From: an uncultured virus (IMG/VR IMGVR_UViG_3300012274_000057)
Taxonomy: Duplodnaviria > Heunggongvirae > Uroviricota > Caudoviricetes
Strand: one strand, 5' to 3'
IMG/VR virus record: IMGVR_UViG_3300012274_000057
Location: 1 to 64,000 of that record
DNA length: 64,000 bases
How positions within the stretch are numbered: the first letter of the stretch is position 1; each line of letters begins with the position of its first letter. Positions 19,971 to 30,100 of this stretch are shown piece by piece. Both the position numbers and the translations under genes were made by a program. The notes beneath the pieces were generated by a model that saw only the letters and a list, made by a program, of their open reading frames with translations, was not told the origin of the DNA and made no database searches.

Positions 19971-22094
19971 ATGTTATATTTAGAGAATTATGGACCATAT
20001 GCCGAATTGGTTCAAAAAAGGAGAATGGTAATAGATGTAAATTCTATTACCATTAATAACTGGCAAATGCATTTTGACTCAGTATTAAATATAATGAGAG
20101 ATGCAATAGAAACAGACTTAATGAATAATGCATTTATCACTATTCAATTCGCACCTGGAATTGATTGTGAATTAACTGTACCAGATTATTGGTTTAATAT
20201 ACTAATGTGGTATTTATTAGTAAGAACTAATAAAAGAATAGAACCTAGACATATATTCTTTAATGAAAATATGACTAGAAGAGATATAAAGAATTATGTT
20301 GATGAATTCTTTATAGAAGAAAATAGAACTTCTTATGAAAATATAGAATTAAATAATATAATAGATGATTGCTTAACTGAATTTAACCGTATAGATGAAT
20401 TTGCATTCTTCTTGGCAAATACAATAAATCTTGAAGATTTTATAGACTTAATGAATAATGTCCCAAGATTTGATCAATTAATACATTCAGATTTATCAAA
20501 TGTTCCATTAGATGAAGTTAAATCAGAAGGTTTAAAACTTACCGATGAAGCAATAAGTATTATAAAGAATTCAGAACACTGTCTATCAAATTTCTTTAGA
20601 GCAGGGGAAGGCGTTAACAAGAAACAGTTTAAAGAATTTGCAATAAATACGGGAACTAAACCAGATGGTAACGGCGGTGCATTCCCTGTAGTAGTAAATA
20701 CAAATTTATTAACAGGTGGAGCAAATGATACTGCTTCATTCTTAATTGAATCAGCTACAGGTAGAACAGCACAAACAATAGTTGAAGGAAACGTTGGACC
20801 TTCAGGATATTTCGCTAGATTGTTAGGGTTAAATGCTACAGATACATTTATAAATCCTAATCCAAATTATATTTGTAATACAAAAAACTTTCAGATTATA
20901 GAGATTAAAAACGATTTAATTTTAAATAAATTTGAAAATAGATATTATAGATTGAACCCTAATGGAGTTGAATATAAACTTACTAAAAAAGATAGACATT
21001 TAATAGGAAAAACACTATATTTCCGTTCACCTATGACATGTGCATCAATGGCTGAAGGTCATGGAATATGCTACAGATGTTATGGGGATTTAGCTCACAC
21101 TAATAAAGACATTGCTATAGGAAAGATGTCTTCAGAGATACTAGCATCTGTATTTACTCAGATGATGTTATCCGCTAAACACTTATTAGAATCTTCTATT
21201 AAATCAATGACATGGAATAAAGAATTCGGAGATTTATTTGAAGTTGAATTTAACTTTGTAAAATTAAATAGCGATTTTGATTTTTCTGGATATAAAATAT
21301 TAATGGATGCTGATAGTATAACTCCAGATAGCGAAGATGAAGATCAATTACAATGTGATTTTAATGAACATGTAACTTCATTTGATGTATTATTTCCTAA
21401 TGGTGTAATAGTAAATATGCATACTGCTGAATTAGATTTAATATATTTAACACCAGAAATTACAGAATATATTAGAGAAACAGCAACTAAATTAGATGGA
21501 AAAATAACTATAGATCTAGGAAAATTATCAGAGTTTGATGTTCCGTTATTCGCATTAAAGATTCAAAATGATGATATGTCAAAAGCACTTGAAAGGGTTA
21601 AAAATAAATTTGATAAAGTTGATACTATAAAGCAAGAAGATAGAAATTCATTATTGCAATCATTAATGGAAGTAGTAATAGATATAGGTTTAGATATATT
21701 ATCTGTACATTGTGAAGTATTATTAGCAATGCAGTTGAGAAATGTTGATGATATATTAGATTTACCACAATGGCAATATCCAGATGAACCTTATAAAATG
21801 TTGACATTAAGGCAATCTCTTGATAAACATCCATCGGTTACTATATCTTTAAGTTTTGAGAAAATAGGAAAATTATTATACAACCCATTAACATTCAGAA
21901 AGAATAAAGCATCATTTATGGATTTATTCTTCATGGAACAACCTCAAATGTATTTAGCTAATAAAGCAGAGATTCAGAAATCTAAAGCAGATGATTTTGG
22001 AATGAAGAAAATGATTTATTTTAAAGAACCAGAAGAATTAAACACTGTAGATATAGATGATTTGGATGATTTAGATATAGTAGAAGAAATATAA
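19971..22094 (+). CDS. RNA polymerase beta' C-terminal subunit, probably of the non-virion RNAP
   Basis: GTKPD, SGYFARLL (bridge helix), RSPMTC...GICYRCYG (Zn site), TQMMLSAKH (trigger loop); early-type promoter at 19878. Confidence 0.9.
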   Translation: MLYLENYGPYAELVQKRRMVIDVNSITINNWQMHFDSVLNIMRDAIETDLMNNAFITIQFAPGIDCELTVPDYWFNILMWYLLVRTNKRIEPRHIFFNENMTRRDIKNYVDEFFIEENRTSYENIELNNIIDDCLTEFNRIDEFAFFLANTINLEDFIDLMNNVPRFDQLIHSDLSNVPLDEVKSEGLKLTDEAISIIKNSEHCLSNFFRAGEGVNKKQFKEFAINTGTKPDGNGGAFPVVVNTNLLTGGANDTASFLIESATGRTAQTIVEGNVGPSGYFARLLGLNATDTFINPNPNYICNTKNFQIIEIKNDLILNKFENRYYRLNPNGVEYKLTKKDRHLIGKTLYFRSPMTCASMAEGHGICYRCYGDLAHTNKDIAIGKMSSEILASVFTQMMLSAKHLLESSIKSMTWNKEFGDLFEVEFNFVKLNSDFDFSGYKILMDADSITPDSEDEDQLQCDFNEHVTSFDVLFPNGVIVNMHTAELDLIYLTPEITEYIRETATKLDGKITIDLGKLSEFDVPLFALKIQNDDMSKALERVKNKFDKVDTIKQEDRNSLLQSLMEVVIDIGLDILSVHCEVLLAMQLRNVDDILDLPQWQYPDEPYKMLTLRQSLDKHPSVTISLSFEKIGKLLYNPLTFRKNKASFMDLFFMEQPQMYLANKAEIQKSKADDFGMKKMIYFKEPEELNTVDIDDLDDLDIVEEI

Positions 22095-22101
22095 TAAGAG
22101 A

Positions 22102-22140
22102 AAAAGAGTAGAGGATATACCTCTACTCTTTTATTTTTTT
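22102..22140. terminator. Bidirectional intrinsic terminator
   Basis: aaaagagtagagg-atata-cctctactctttt. Confidence 0.85.
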
Positions 22141-22571
22141 CTTCTTTTATTTTTATAATTCTTTTCTAAATCTAACCATTCATATATAGTTTCTAATTTA
22201 GCTTTAACACCTGGATTTTTATTAACCTTTTCCTCTTCTAATAATTTTCTAAGATTTACCATCATGCTTTCAAACATAATATCTATATCTTCAATTACAT
22301 CTTCTGAAGAGTAATCATCGGTTCCTTTAAGAATTTTAAATTCACCTTCATCTGTTTTTAATATGTCATAGGCTTCCATTAAGTCTAATGGCTGTTCATC
22401 GTATGTTAAACCTATTTCAGCAATAACATCTACATATGAATCTAATTGATCATAGTATTTTGATGTCAATTCATGATATATTTCAAAATCATGCCCCTTT
22501 ATTTTCCAATGTAAGATTTTAAAATTATGACTATAATAAATAAATATAGCCATCATTTTCTTAAAATTCAT
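22131..22571 (-). CDS. dps: Dps/ferritin-like protein
   Basis: LHW.IKG.DF..YHEL....YD.....VDVIAE ferroxidase signature. Confidence 0.8.
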   Translation of the reverse strand: MNFKKMMAIFIYYSHNFKILHWKIKGHDFEIYHELTSKYYDQLDSYVDVIAEIGLTYDEQPLDLMEAYDILKTDEGEFKILKGTDDYSSEDVIEDIDIMFESMMVNLRKLLEEEKVNKNPGVKAKLETIYEWLDLEKNYKNKRRKK

Positions 22572-22674
22572 TATTAATTCCTCCTTTATATTCTATATTA
22601 TTAATATGTTTATATTTTGAAAAAGTTATTAATAATAATTATATATTATATAAATAGTCGGGGGTGAAGAAATT

Positions 22675-23040
22675 ATGAAAAGAAAGAAAAATGCTGTTAT
22701 AAGAATTTGTAAAAGAGGTCAAACTGAAAGGAGGTTCAATACAAATATAAATGGAGACTTCTATACTTGTAATAAAACATACAGAGAAAGTCTAAATTTT
22801 ATTTTATTATGGGAACCTAGTGAAAGATTAAAAATCTGGGTTAACAAATTCTGTAAGGATTATGCTTTAATTTTAAAGCATGAAAATGTTGAAGTAAAAT
22901 TTAACTACCCGAGAGACTTTGAAGATTTAGCAGCATACATTCTAGACAAGATATCATACAACGGTGCCAACCGAGATGTGATATTAAATTCTAATAATTA
23001 TAAATTATTAGAGAGATTGTTAGAATTGAATAATTTCTAG
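22675..23040 (+). CDS. Hypothetical early protein
   Basis: 121 aa, SD gggggtg, early promoter at 22639. Confidence 0.7.
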   Translation: MKRKKNAVIRICKRGQTERRFNTNINGDFYTCNKTYRESLNFILLWEPSERLKIWVNKFCKDYALILKHENVEVKFNYPRDFEDLAAYILDKISYNGANRDVILNSNNYKLLERLLELNNF

Positions 23041-23077
23041 TAGTTAAGCAGATTTACGGTATTACGTATCTAGCTTT

Positions 23078-23275
23078 TAAACATAAGAGGGGAGGAATAA
23101 ATATGTCAAATTTAGTTTCATCAAAAGCCCTACATATTTTGACAAATTTAATTACATGTTGGAGTGTTTTTATGAATTCCAAAAATATGTCGGGAATCAA
23201 TTTATCGATTTCCGTTCCTTTCTTCTTGTGTTTATTAGTTAGATACGGGGCTTTCGCCCCGTGACTTCTTTCTTG
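23078..23275 (+). ncRNA. Candidate rod-shaped structured RNA overlapping a 53 aa ORF (23103-23264)
   Basis: 23078-23097 pairs with 23215-23234 (20 bp with G-U pairs); inner stem ccctacatatttt/aaaatatgtcggg; GC-rich terminator 23245-23262. Confidence 0.5.
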
Positions 23276-23338
23276 TTCATTTTTTACATATTCTATAACT
23301 TTAAAGTAATTATTATATTAAAAAAAGGATGGGATAAT

Positions 23339-23728
23339 ATGAAATATAAAATTAAATTTAAAAATGGAGAAGAAAAAATTATTGAACTAGAAAAATCACT
23401 TGAAACTATCAATACAGATTCAAACTTTATAAATTTAGAAAATAAGATATACATTAATAAAGACAAAGTACTATATATAGAAAAAGAAGAAATAAATGCC
23501 TCACAAAATAATATAAAGATACCAAGATATCTTTATTCAATTATATATACAAATGGTTCATCTGATGTAATTGAACTATCAGATAAATTTGATTTTGAAT
23601 TATATCAAAGAATAGCTAAACAACCTAATAATAGAATCTTTATAAGAGATAAAGATAATAATGATTGGCTAATTGATCCAGCATACATATGTAGCATAAC
23701 ACCTACATATATTAAATGTAGTAAATAG
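23339..23728 (+). CDS. Hypothetical protein with two short beta repeats
   Basis: ATG at 23339 after aggatggg; Y.I...NG....IEL occurs twice. Confidence 0.65.
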   Translation: MKYKIKFKNGEEKIIELEKSLETINTDSNFINLENKIYINKDKVLYIEKEEINASQNNIKIPRYLYSIIYTNGSSDVIELSDKFDFELYQRIAKQPNNRIFIRDKDNNDWLIDPAYICSITPTYIKCSK

Positions 23729-23732
23729 GAGG

Positions 23733-23984
23733 GTGAATATAATGTATACTTATGAAATTATACTTAATAAAAAAGCAACAATAAGAAAGTTGATAACGAC
23801 AGAAACCCCTTTGGATTTAGATAAGTTAAATGAAGCAAGATGTTTAGACAGACTAATTCAAATTTCCGATAAAGAGGTTATAGATCCAAAAGAAATAATA
23901 TGTATTGAAAGATGTATGACAGCAAAAGAATATGGGGAAAGACAACGTAAGATCATAGGTAGTTTAACCAATGACTATAAATAA
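23733..23984 (+). CDS. Hypothetical protein
   Basis: 83 aa ORF with SD ggaggg (true start probably 23742). Confidence 0.6.
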   Translation: MNIMYTYEIILNKKATIRKLITTETPLDLDKLNEARCLDRLIQISDKEVIDPKEIICIERCMTAKEYGERQRKIIGSLTNDYK

Positions 23985-24192
23985 AATAGATATAATTCTA
24001 AGATTAACTACATTGATATTTTTATTTTTTGTGGTTTTAATGAATATATTAAATAAGACGCCGATATCTGGTTTTATATTATTTATAATATTAACTGTAA
24101 TATTATGTGTATCATATATACCATATATAAATTTTATTTGTTTTTTATTATTCATAATATGTATAATTCCTAAAACTGAACGGATAAAATAA
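23971..24192 (+). CDS. Small membrane protein
   Basis: 73 aa with three hydrophobic stretches; terminator follows. Confidence 0.55.
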   Translation: MTINKIDIILRLTTLIFLFFVVLMNILNKTPISGFILFIILTVILCVSYIPYINFICFLLFIICIIPKTERIK

Positions 24193-24261
24193 TAGTGTGC
24201 TTAATTGCACACTATCTCCCTTTAAATTATTATTAACAGATAATTAAAGGAGTGATATACA

Positions 24262-24408
24262 ATGGATAAAAAATGTAAAATATTTAAAAGTGCAAAAACA
24301 GCCAATGATAACGATACAACTAATAAAATACAATATGATTATTACATAGAAATATGTCAAAATCCAAGAGTATTAAGGCAGGTAGTTATAATTCAAGAGG
24401 AGAGATAA
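24262..24408 (+). CDS. Small 48 aa protein absent from the ORF track
   Basis: Late promoter at 24235, SD aaggag, MDKKCKIF...QEER; stop overlaps the helicase start (TAATG). Confidence 0.6.
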   Translation: MDKKCKIFKSAKTANDNDTTNKIQYDYYIEICQNPRVLRQVVIIQEER

Positions 24409-26009
24409 TGATGAATAAGATTGTTGTTAGACATTCTTCTATAGTTATTAATAACTATGAAGTTGGTGATTCACCAAGATTAGAAAGTTTCTTTACATTA
24501 TATGATCGTGTACGTCATGATGTATATTATAAAGGAATAGAATATATACCAGAAGAAAAGAAACTAATCCTTCCAAGAGGATTAGATATTTATTTCTTGG
24601 AAAATATATTTAATACAAAAGCTGTAGTAGATAAGCAGTATGACCCATATGACAGAATGGATCAAATTATGATAAAATATCTACCTAGAGATAATGTTCA
24701 AAAAGAAGCATTATCATTTATGATAGGAGTTAAAGGTTATAAATCTAATATTACCCATTCACAATTATCGGTAAACTTAAATACAGGAAAAGGTAAATCC
24801 TATTGTAGTATAAGTACAGCCTCTTATTTATGTATGAGGAGCATAGTAATTACTTCATCTTTAAACTGGTTAAATCAATGGAAGGATTATATAGTAGAGT
24901 ATACTGATACAAAGCCTAGGGAAATATTTATGCTTACAGGAACACCTTCTATAATAAGTTTATTGAAAAAAGATATAAGTAAATATAAATTCATTTTAGC
25001 GAGTCATGCTACAATCAAATCATATGGAGATGCATATGGATGGGATAAGGTAACAGAATTATTTAAGTTTATGAAATGTGGTTTAAAATTCTATGATGAA
25101 GCACATCTTAGTTTTGATAATATGTGTAAAATAGATTATTATACAAATACATTTAGAACTTATTATGTTACAGCAACTCCTGCTAGAAGTGATCAGGATG
25201 AAAATAAAATATATCAACTTTATTTTAAAAATATCCCTGCTATAGATTTATTTAATGAAAATGAAGACCCACATACTGAATATATAGCGTTAAGATATAA
25301 TAGTAATCCAACCCCTCAAGATATATCAGCATGTAGAAACCAATATGGATTAGATAGAAATAAATATACCAATGGTTATATAGTAAATAAAGAAAACTAT
25401 TATAAGATATTAAAGATTGCATTAAATTTATTTTGTAAATGTAATGAAGGAAAATGTTTAATATATATTGGAACAAATGATGCTATAAATAAAACAGTGG
25501 AATGGGTAAAAAATAATTATCCAGAATTAAGGAATGATATAGGTATCTATACTAGCGTAGTAACGGATAATAAGGAAGCACAATTAAACAAAAGGATAAT
25601 ATTCTCTACAACTAAGTCTTGCGGTGCAGCGATGGATATAAAAGGTCTCAAAATGACGATTGTTTTAGCAGAACCCTTTAAATCAGAAGTTTTAGCTAGA
25701 CAAACATTAGGTAGAACCAGAGGAGATAACACATACTACATTGAAGTAGTTGACAATGGTTTTTATCATATTAATAAATATTATCATTATAAAAAACCTA
25801 TATTTGATAAATACGCTACAGCATGTACAGAGATGTCAATGAAACAAAATGAGTTAGATATAAAAACTGAAAAAATAGATAAAGATAGATGGAACACATA
25901 TTGTCCAGTACAATTCTTTGAACCTTATCATCAGAAGTTTAATAAAGACGAATTAAAGAAGTGTCCTATTTATTTTGCTAAACCAATAGAAAGAGATGTA
26001 TCTAATTAG
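24408..26009 (+). CDS. Superfamily 2 helicase, UvsW-like
   Basis: LNTGKGKS (I), YDEAH (II), TATP (III), QTLGRTRG (VI). Confidence 0.85.
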   Translation: MMNKIVVRHSSIVINNYEVGDSPRLESFFTLYDRVRHDVYYKGIEYIPEEKKLILPRGLDIYFLENIFNTKAVVDKQYDPYDRMDQIMIKYLPRDNVQKEALSFMIGVKGYKSNITHSQLSVNLNTGKGKSYCSISTASYLCMRSIVITSSLNWLNQWKDYIVEYTDTKPREIFMLTGTPSIISLLKKDISKYKFILASHATIKSYGDAYGWDKVTELFKFMKCGLKFYDEAHLSFDNMCKIDYYTNTFRTYYVTATPARSDQDENKIYQLYFKNIPAIDLFNENEDPHTEYIALRYNSNPTPQDISACRNQYGLDRNKYTNGYIVNKENYYKILKIALNLFCKCNEGKCLIYIGTNDAINKTVEWVKNNYPELRNDIGIYTSVVTDNKEAQLNKRIIFSTTKSCGAAMDIKGLKMTIVLAEPFKSEVLARQTLGRTRGDNTYYIEVVDNGFYHINKYYHYKKPIFDKYATACTEMSMKQNELDIKTEKIDKDRWNTYCPVQFFEPYHQKFNKDELKKCPIYFAKPIERDVSN

Positions 26010-26066
26010 ATACATCTCTTTAATGTATTGTATAACTTTAAAATTTAAGTTATATATTATAGTAAT

Positions 26067-26111
26067 GTATAAAAGTTTGTAAGTACTTTATATAAAATAT
26101 AATAAACTTAC
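26067..26111 (+). promoter_or_regulatory. Pseudoknot-like 5' leader, copy 1
   Basis: gtataaaag-tttGTAAGTa-ctttatat...aaACTTAC. Confidence 0.6.
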
Positions 26112-26133
26112 GTAAATGAAGGGGAGATTAATT

Positions 26134-26676
26134 ATGAAAAAACAATTAAAATTATCATTCGATACAGCTAAACAATACAAGAAACAAAAATACTATTTAA
26201 ATAAAACTAATGATATTTATAAAGATATATTGATGCAAGACGCAAAATCATTACATTTAAAACATTGTGGTAATAAAGAAATACCAATGTATGGAGAAAT
26301 GAGTAATAGATTAATTTATTTATATATGCAAAAGAATGGAGAGAATATATCTAAAAAATTAGATGAATATGGATTAGAATCTCATACTAATAAATTAGGA
26401 GGAATATTAATAATTAAAGGTACAAGAATACCATTATCTTTAATCATGCATTGCTTATCTGAAGGAATAACTATACAAAATATTTGTGAAGATTATGATC
26501 TTAAAGAAGAGCAAGTATCACAATCGATAAAATTTGTGTCAGATACATTAGATATGATATCAATAGATTTCGATCTTCATACATCATTTAAAAATATCGA
26601 AGAAGAGAATAATAAAAAGCAAAAAATGATTGAAGATATTGAAAAGCAAATATTTGAAGATACTGGAGACTTTTGA
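26134..26676 (+). CDS. DUF433-domain (VapB-type antitoxin-like) protein
   Basis: GGILIIKGTRIPLSLI...LSEGITIQNICEDYDLKEEQVSQSIKF matches the DUF433 pattern. Confidence 0.75.
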   Translation: MKKQLKLSFDTAKQYKKQKYYLNKTNDIYKDILMQDAKSLHLKHCGNKEIPMYGEMSNRLIYLYMQKNGENISKKLDEYGLESHTNKLGGILIIKGTRIPLSLIMHCLSEGITIQNICEDYDLKEEQVSQSIKFVSDTLDMISIDFDLHTSFKNIEEENNKKQKMIEDIEKQIFEDTGDF

Positions 26677-26775
26677 TGGTGACGTATTATATTATTAATG
26701 AATGATGTATGGATATAAAATGAAGAGATGGGAATATGATAAATATAGAAAGAGTAATAGAAGGAAGTTGAGAAA

Positions 26776-27150
26776 ATGAGTAATAAAATAAATAAATTAA
26801 AAAAAGAGTTAAAAACAAATTCAGATACTTTGATACAAAATCGTTCATTTAAAGGAATACAGAAGCATCTAATACGCAATGCAATACGAAATAATATACC
26901 TTTAAGTTTTTCTCAATTTGAAGATTGGGATATTATATTAGAATGTAATAAACTCCAAATACTTAAACTTGAACAGCAAAGAATGAATGTTTGTCAAACA
27001 ACATATACAGATTTAGGTGTTATTCAAGCTACATCTGATAATGTAAATTTAAACAAATACAATTATATATTATATAATTGTAATAGAAGTAGTAAGAACT
27101 TCTGTCGCAGCCCTAATATTATTAAGGGCAACATTATAAACTTACAATAA
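26776..27150 (+). CDS. Hypothetical protein
   Basis: 124 aa ORF. Confidence 0.6.
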   Translation: MSNKINKLKKELKTNSDTLIQNRSFKGIQKHLIRNAIRNNIPLSFSQFEDWDIILECNKLQILKLEQQRMNVCQTTYTDLGVIQATSDNVNLNKYNYILYNCNRSSKNFCRSPNIIKGNIINLQ

Positions 27151-27173
27151 TAAAAAATAAGGAGAGATTAATT

Positions 27174-28796
27174 ATGGAACAATTAAAAGTGGCATCAGCT
27201 TATGAATTAGCAAAGGAACTAATAAAAGAGAAAGATTTAGTTAATAAAAAGAGTTATGGAGAAATGGCAAAAGCTTATTTAGAAAATGAGATAAAATCTT
27301 TTGAAGAGAAGGTTAAAGCATTTATTAAAGCAACTACAGATATAGCTGGAGATGATATGCCTGGAATTACAGAATTATCAGAAACTATAAATGAAATTAA
27401 GACATCGGTGTATACTTCTACAGATTTCGATACAATTGATACTAAAGAATTGTATAATGAATTTGCAGAGAATTATTCATCACAAAAACTACTTAAAGAA
27501 TTTATGAATGATATAAATGGAATAAGTATGGATGCTACAAGTACTAATAATACTTATATATATCATGTACCAGATACAGAATCAAGTGAACATGTAGTCA
27601 ACTTAAGACATCATTTTATTCCAATAGTAAATGATACTGTCAATAATTATAGAAGAGCAAATAATTTAGGAGATGAAGAGTTAAATAAGAAGTTCCAAGA
27701 TAAAATTATGGGATTTGGTAAAATCTTAGATAATATCACAGATGATGATACTAAAGAAAGTATTCAATCAAAGATATTACAATTACAACAGGAAATACAA
27801 AGTATAATAGTATCTAAGAATGCTATTAAACCTGTATTATGCGGCTTAGATATAAATTCAGGTATACCAAATTATATTTATAATGATAAGATGTATTCTG
27901 AGAAAGAATTAATAGCAATGAAAGTATTAGATGATAAACAACCATCCAATCCTGCTATTGTTGGGGGACCAGTAATGCCAGCAGCTATAAATGCTGCTGT
28001 ACCAGTAAATAACCAAACTTTAATACCAACATCTTCTATGCTCCTAGATAATAGTGCTATACTTAATAAGTATGGTATATTATCTCCATTATATAATGTA
28101 TATATTAATAATGGAATGGATGTAGAAATTACAGAAACTACAAATGGATTAATTAGAATGCTACCATTCTATATTCAAAATGATCAACAAGCAGTAGGTA
28201 GAGATTTGTATGTAGATTTAAATGCTGCGTTATATAATGCAATTCCAAAAGCTGTAATACCATCTGAAATAGTACCTTTAGAAGACAGTTTTATTATACC
28301 ATTAAATGAATATGGCTATCCAGTATTATGTAACTATATAATGGGTAAAGTTACAAAAGAAGAATTAGAATTAGTGAATATGATTCCAGATGAACTTAGA
28401 AGTTTTAATAAAATAATGGATATATCTTCATTACCATCAGATCAAAATCTAAAGGATAGATTAATAGATTCAATAATGGGTTCAACTGCTACAGTAATAG
28501 GGGATGCTATTAAAGCTGATAATAAAAGTAGATTTAAACTTAAGGATTTTAAAGATTTAAATAATTATACTTTAGTATCTGATTCTTCAGTTAAAGATGG
28601 AATACTATTACCAGCTAGTAAAAGAATTACTCAAACCATAAATGTAGTAAAAGGTAAAGCTTCTTTAATAAATGAGGTTAAAGATAATTCTCCCAAAAGT
28701 GAAAAAGGTGTCAACGACAAAAAAGAAGAGACAACGAAAACAACAGGCAGTTCAAAATCACAAGAAGTCAAGAAAGGAAAAAATAGCGATAAGTAA
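27174..28796 (+). CDS. Hypothetical protein
   Basis: 540 aa, SD aaggag, charged disordered C-terminus. Confidence 0.75.
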   Translation: MEQLKVASAYELAKELIKEKDLVNKKSYGEMAKAYLENEIKSFEEKVKAFIKATTDIAGDDMPGITELSETINEIKTSVYTSTDFDTIDTKELYNEFAENYSSQKLLKEFMNDINGISMDATSTNNTYIYHVPDTESSEHVVNLRHHFIPIVNDTVNNYRRANNLGDEELNKKFQDKIMGFGKILDNITDDDTKESIQSKILQLQQEIQSIIVSKNAIKPVLCGLDINSGIPNYIYNDKMYSEKELIAMKVLDDKQPSNPAIVGGPVMPAAINAAVPVNNQTLIPTSSMLLDNSAILNKYGILSPLYNVYINNGMDVEITETTNGLIRMLPFYIQNDQQAVGRDLYVDLNAALYNAIPKAVIPSEIVPLEDSFIIPLNEYGYPVLCNYIMGKVTKEELELVNMIPDELRSFNKIMDISSLPSDQNLKDRLIDSIMGSTATVIGDAIKADNKSRFKLKDFKDLNNYTLVSDSSVKDGILLPASKRITQTINVVKGKASLINEVKDNSPKSEKGVNDKKEETTKTTGSSKSQEVKKGKNSDK

Positions 28797-28897
28797 AAAT
28801 AATAGTATAAAGAAATAGAAGAATGGGGGTCTTTTATTTCTTTATATTCCCTATAACAATTAAGTAATACTCATCGAGAAGAAGAGGGTGAACTTAT

Positions 28898-29644
28898 ATG
28901 CAACCTATGGTAACTTTTGGGAATTATGAAAAAATAGTTGATGAAATATATCCTTTGGGGCAAGGATATACATTAAGATTTAATGTAATATTATCTAGAA
29001 GATATGAAGATGGTACAAGACATAGTTTTCATACTGAATACACTTATAATTCTAATAAATATTCAGAGCCTTACACACTTGTGACATTAAAAAGACAATT
29101 TGAATGTTACTTGTCTATAGAAGGTAAAGATGAATTTGGGGATAAAGAATTTATAATGATTAGAATGCAAGATATGATCATTGTGCAGAATAATTTTAAT
29201 AGAGCTTTAAATTGGCTCAATGCATCGGCAGAAATATTTGGTAAATATAAAGGGAATTTAGTAGTAGTGAATAGACCAGAACCAATAGTAATTAGAGATT
29301 TAGCTTTGGGCAAATATATTATGCTAGAACCTGTAATTCTAACTTATAATAATATGCCTGAAATGGGGGTAAGAATGACTTTATCTGCAGACGATAGATA
29401 TATAGATATTACATTTAGTAAATATATGGGGTTAGTATATTTATTGAACAATATGAATATGTACTTAGCTGCACAAGAAGCGGTAAACTATTTACAAAGA
29501 CCAGCTTATGGAACTAACATGACGCATTTTGGAAATTCTAGAGATTTTAAAGAACCAGTTGATAGGATAGAAAGTAATACTACTAGAAAAATCCAATCTA
29601 AAAATAAACAAAGATCATATTTCGATAAGATTGATGAAATGTGA
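28898..29644 (+). CDS. Hypothetical protein
   Basis: 248 aa, late promoter at 28855, SD gagggtg. Confidence 0.75.
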   Translation: MQPMVTFGNYEKIVDEIYPLGQGYTLRFNVILSRRYEDGTRHSFHTEYTYNSNKYSEPYTLVTLKRQFECYLSIEGKDEFGDKEFIMIRMQDMIIVQNNFNRALNWLNASAEIFGKYKGNLVVVNRPEPIVIRDLALGKYIMLEPVILTYNNMPEMGVRMTLSADDRYIDITFSKYMGLVYLLNNMNMYLAAQEAVNYLQRPAYGTNMTHFGNSRDFKEPVDRIESNTTRKIQSKNKQRSYFDKIDEM

Positions 29645-29745
29645 AAAAAGAGATACATTAATTTGTATCTCTTTATTTTTTATATATAAACACTATAATC
29701 CCTCTTAACATATTTATAATATTCAATATTCAAGGGGGAGTAGTC

Positions 29746-30081
29746 ATGGGTTATAAAACAAATATAAGAAAAAAACTTAATAAATTGAAATTAAATAAAA
29801 CTGTAGTTAATTATTTTGTTGAGGCAGTAGATTATTGCATTAAAGAAGGAATAGCTCCAGTAGATGTTGTATTGACAAAGCATTTTTATCCAAATTTGGA
29901 AAAAAAATACAATACTACAAAAGCTATTATATTAAAAAACTGTATATTATCAATTAAGGAAAGCTGGAATACTGTAGAACAAAAAGTATTTATTGCACAA
30001 CTAGGGTATGGCAATAAACCTACAGTAAAGAAATTATTGGTCTTATTATTAAATGAATTAAAAGAAAAAGGTATAGAGTAA
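29746..30081 (+). CDS. Stand-alone Spo0A C-terminal (DNA-binding) domain-like protein
   Basis: YFVEAV...TKHFYPNLEKKYNTT...I...W...GYGNKPT aligns by eye with Spo0A YLREAI...TKELYPxIAKKYNTT...AW...GY..KPT; no receiver domain. Confidence 0.75.
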   Translation: MGYKTNIRKKLNKLKLNKTVVNYFVEAVDYCIKEGIAPVDVVLTKHFYPNLEKKYNTTKAIILKNCILSIKESWNTVEQKVFIAQLGYGNKPTVKKLLVLLLNELKEKGIE

Positions 30082-30100
30082 TCTATACCTTTTTTATTGT

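Noticed and set aside
27174..28796. Possible nuclear-shell (chimallin) protein
   Set aside because: Only size and timing fit; no motif recognisable, and AR9-like phages are not known to build a shell
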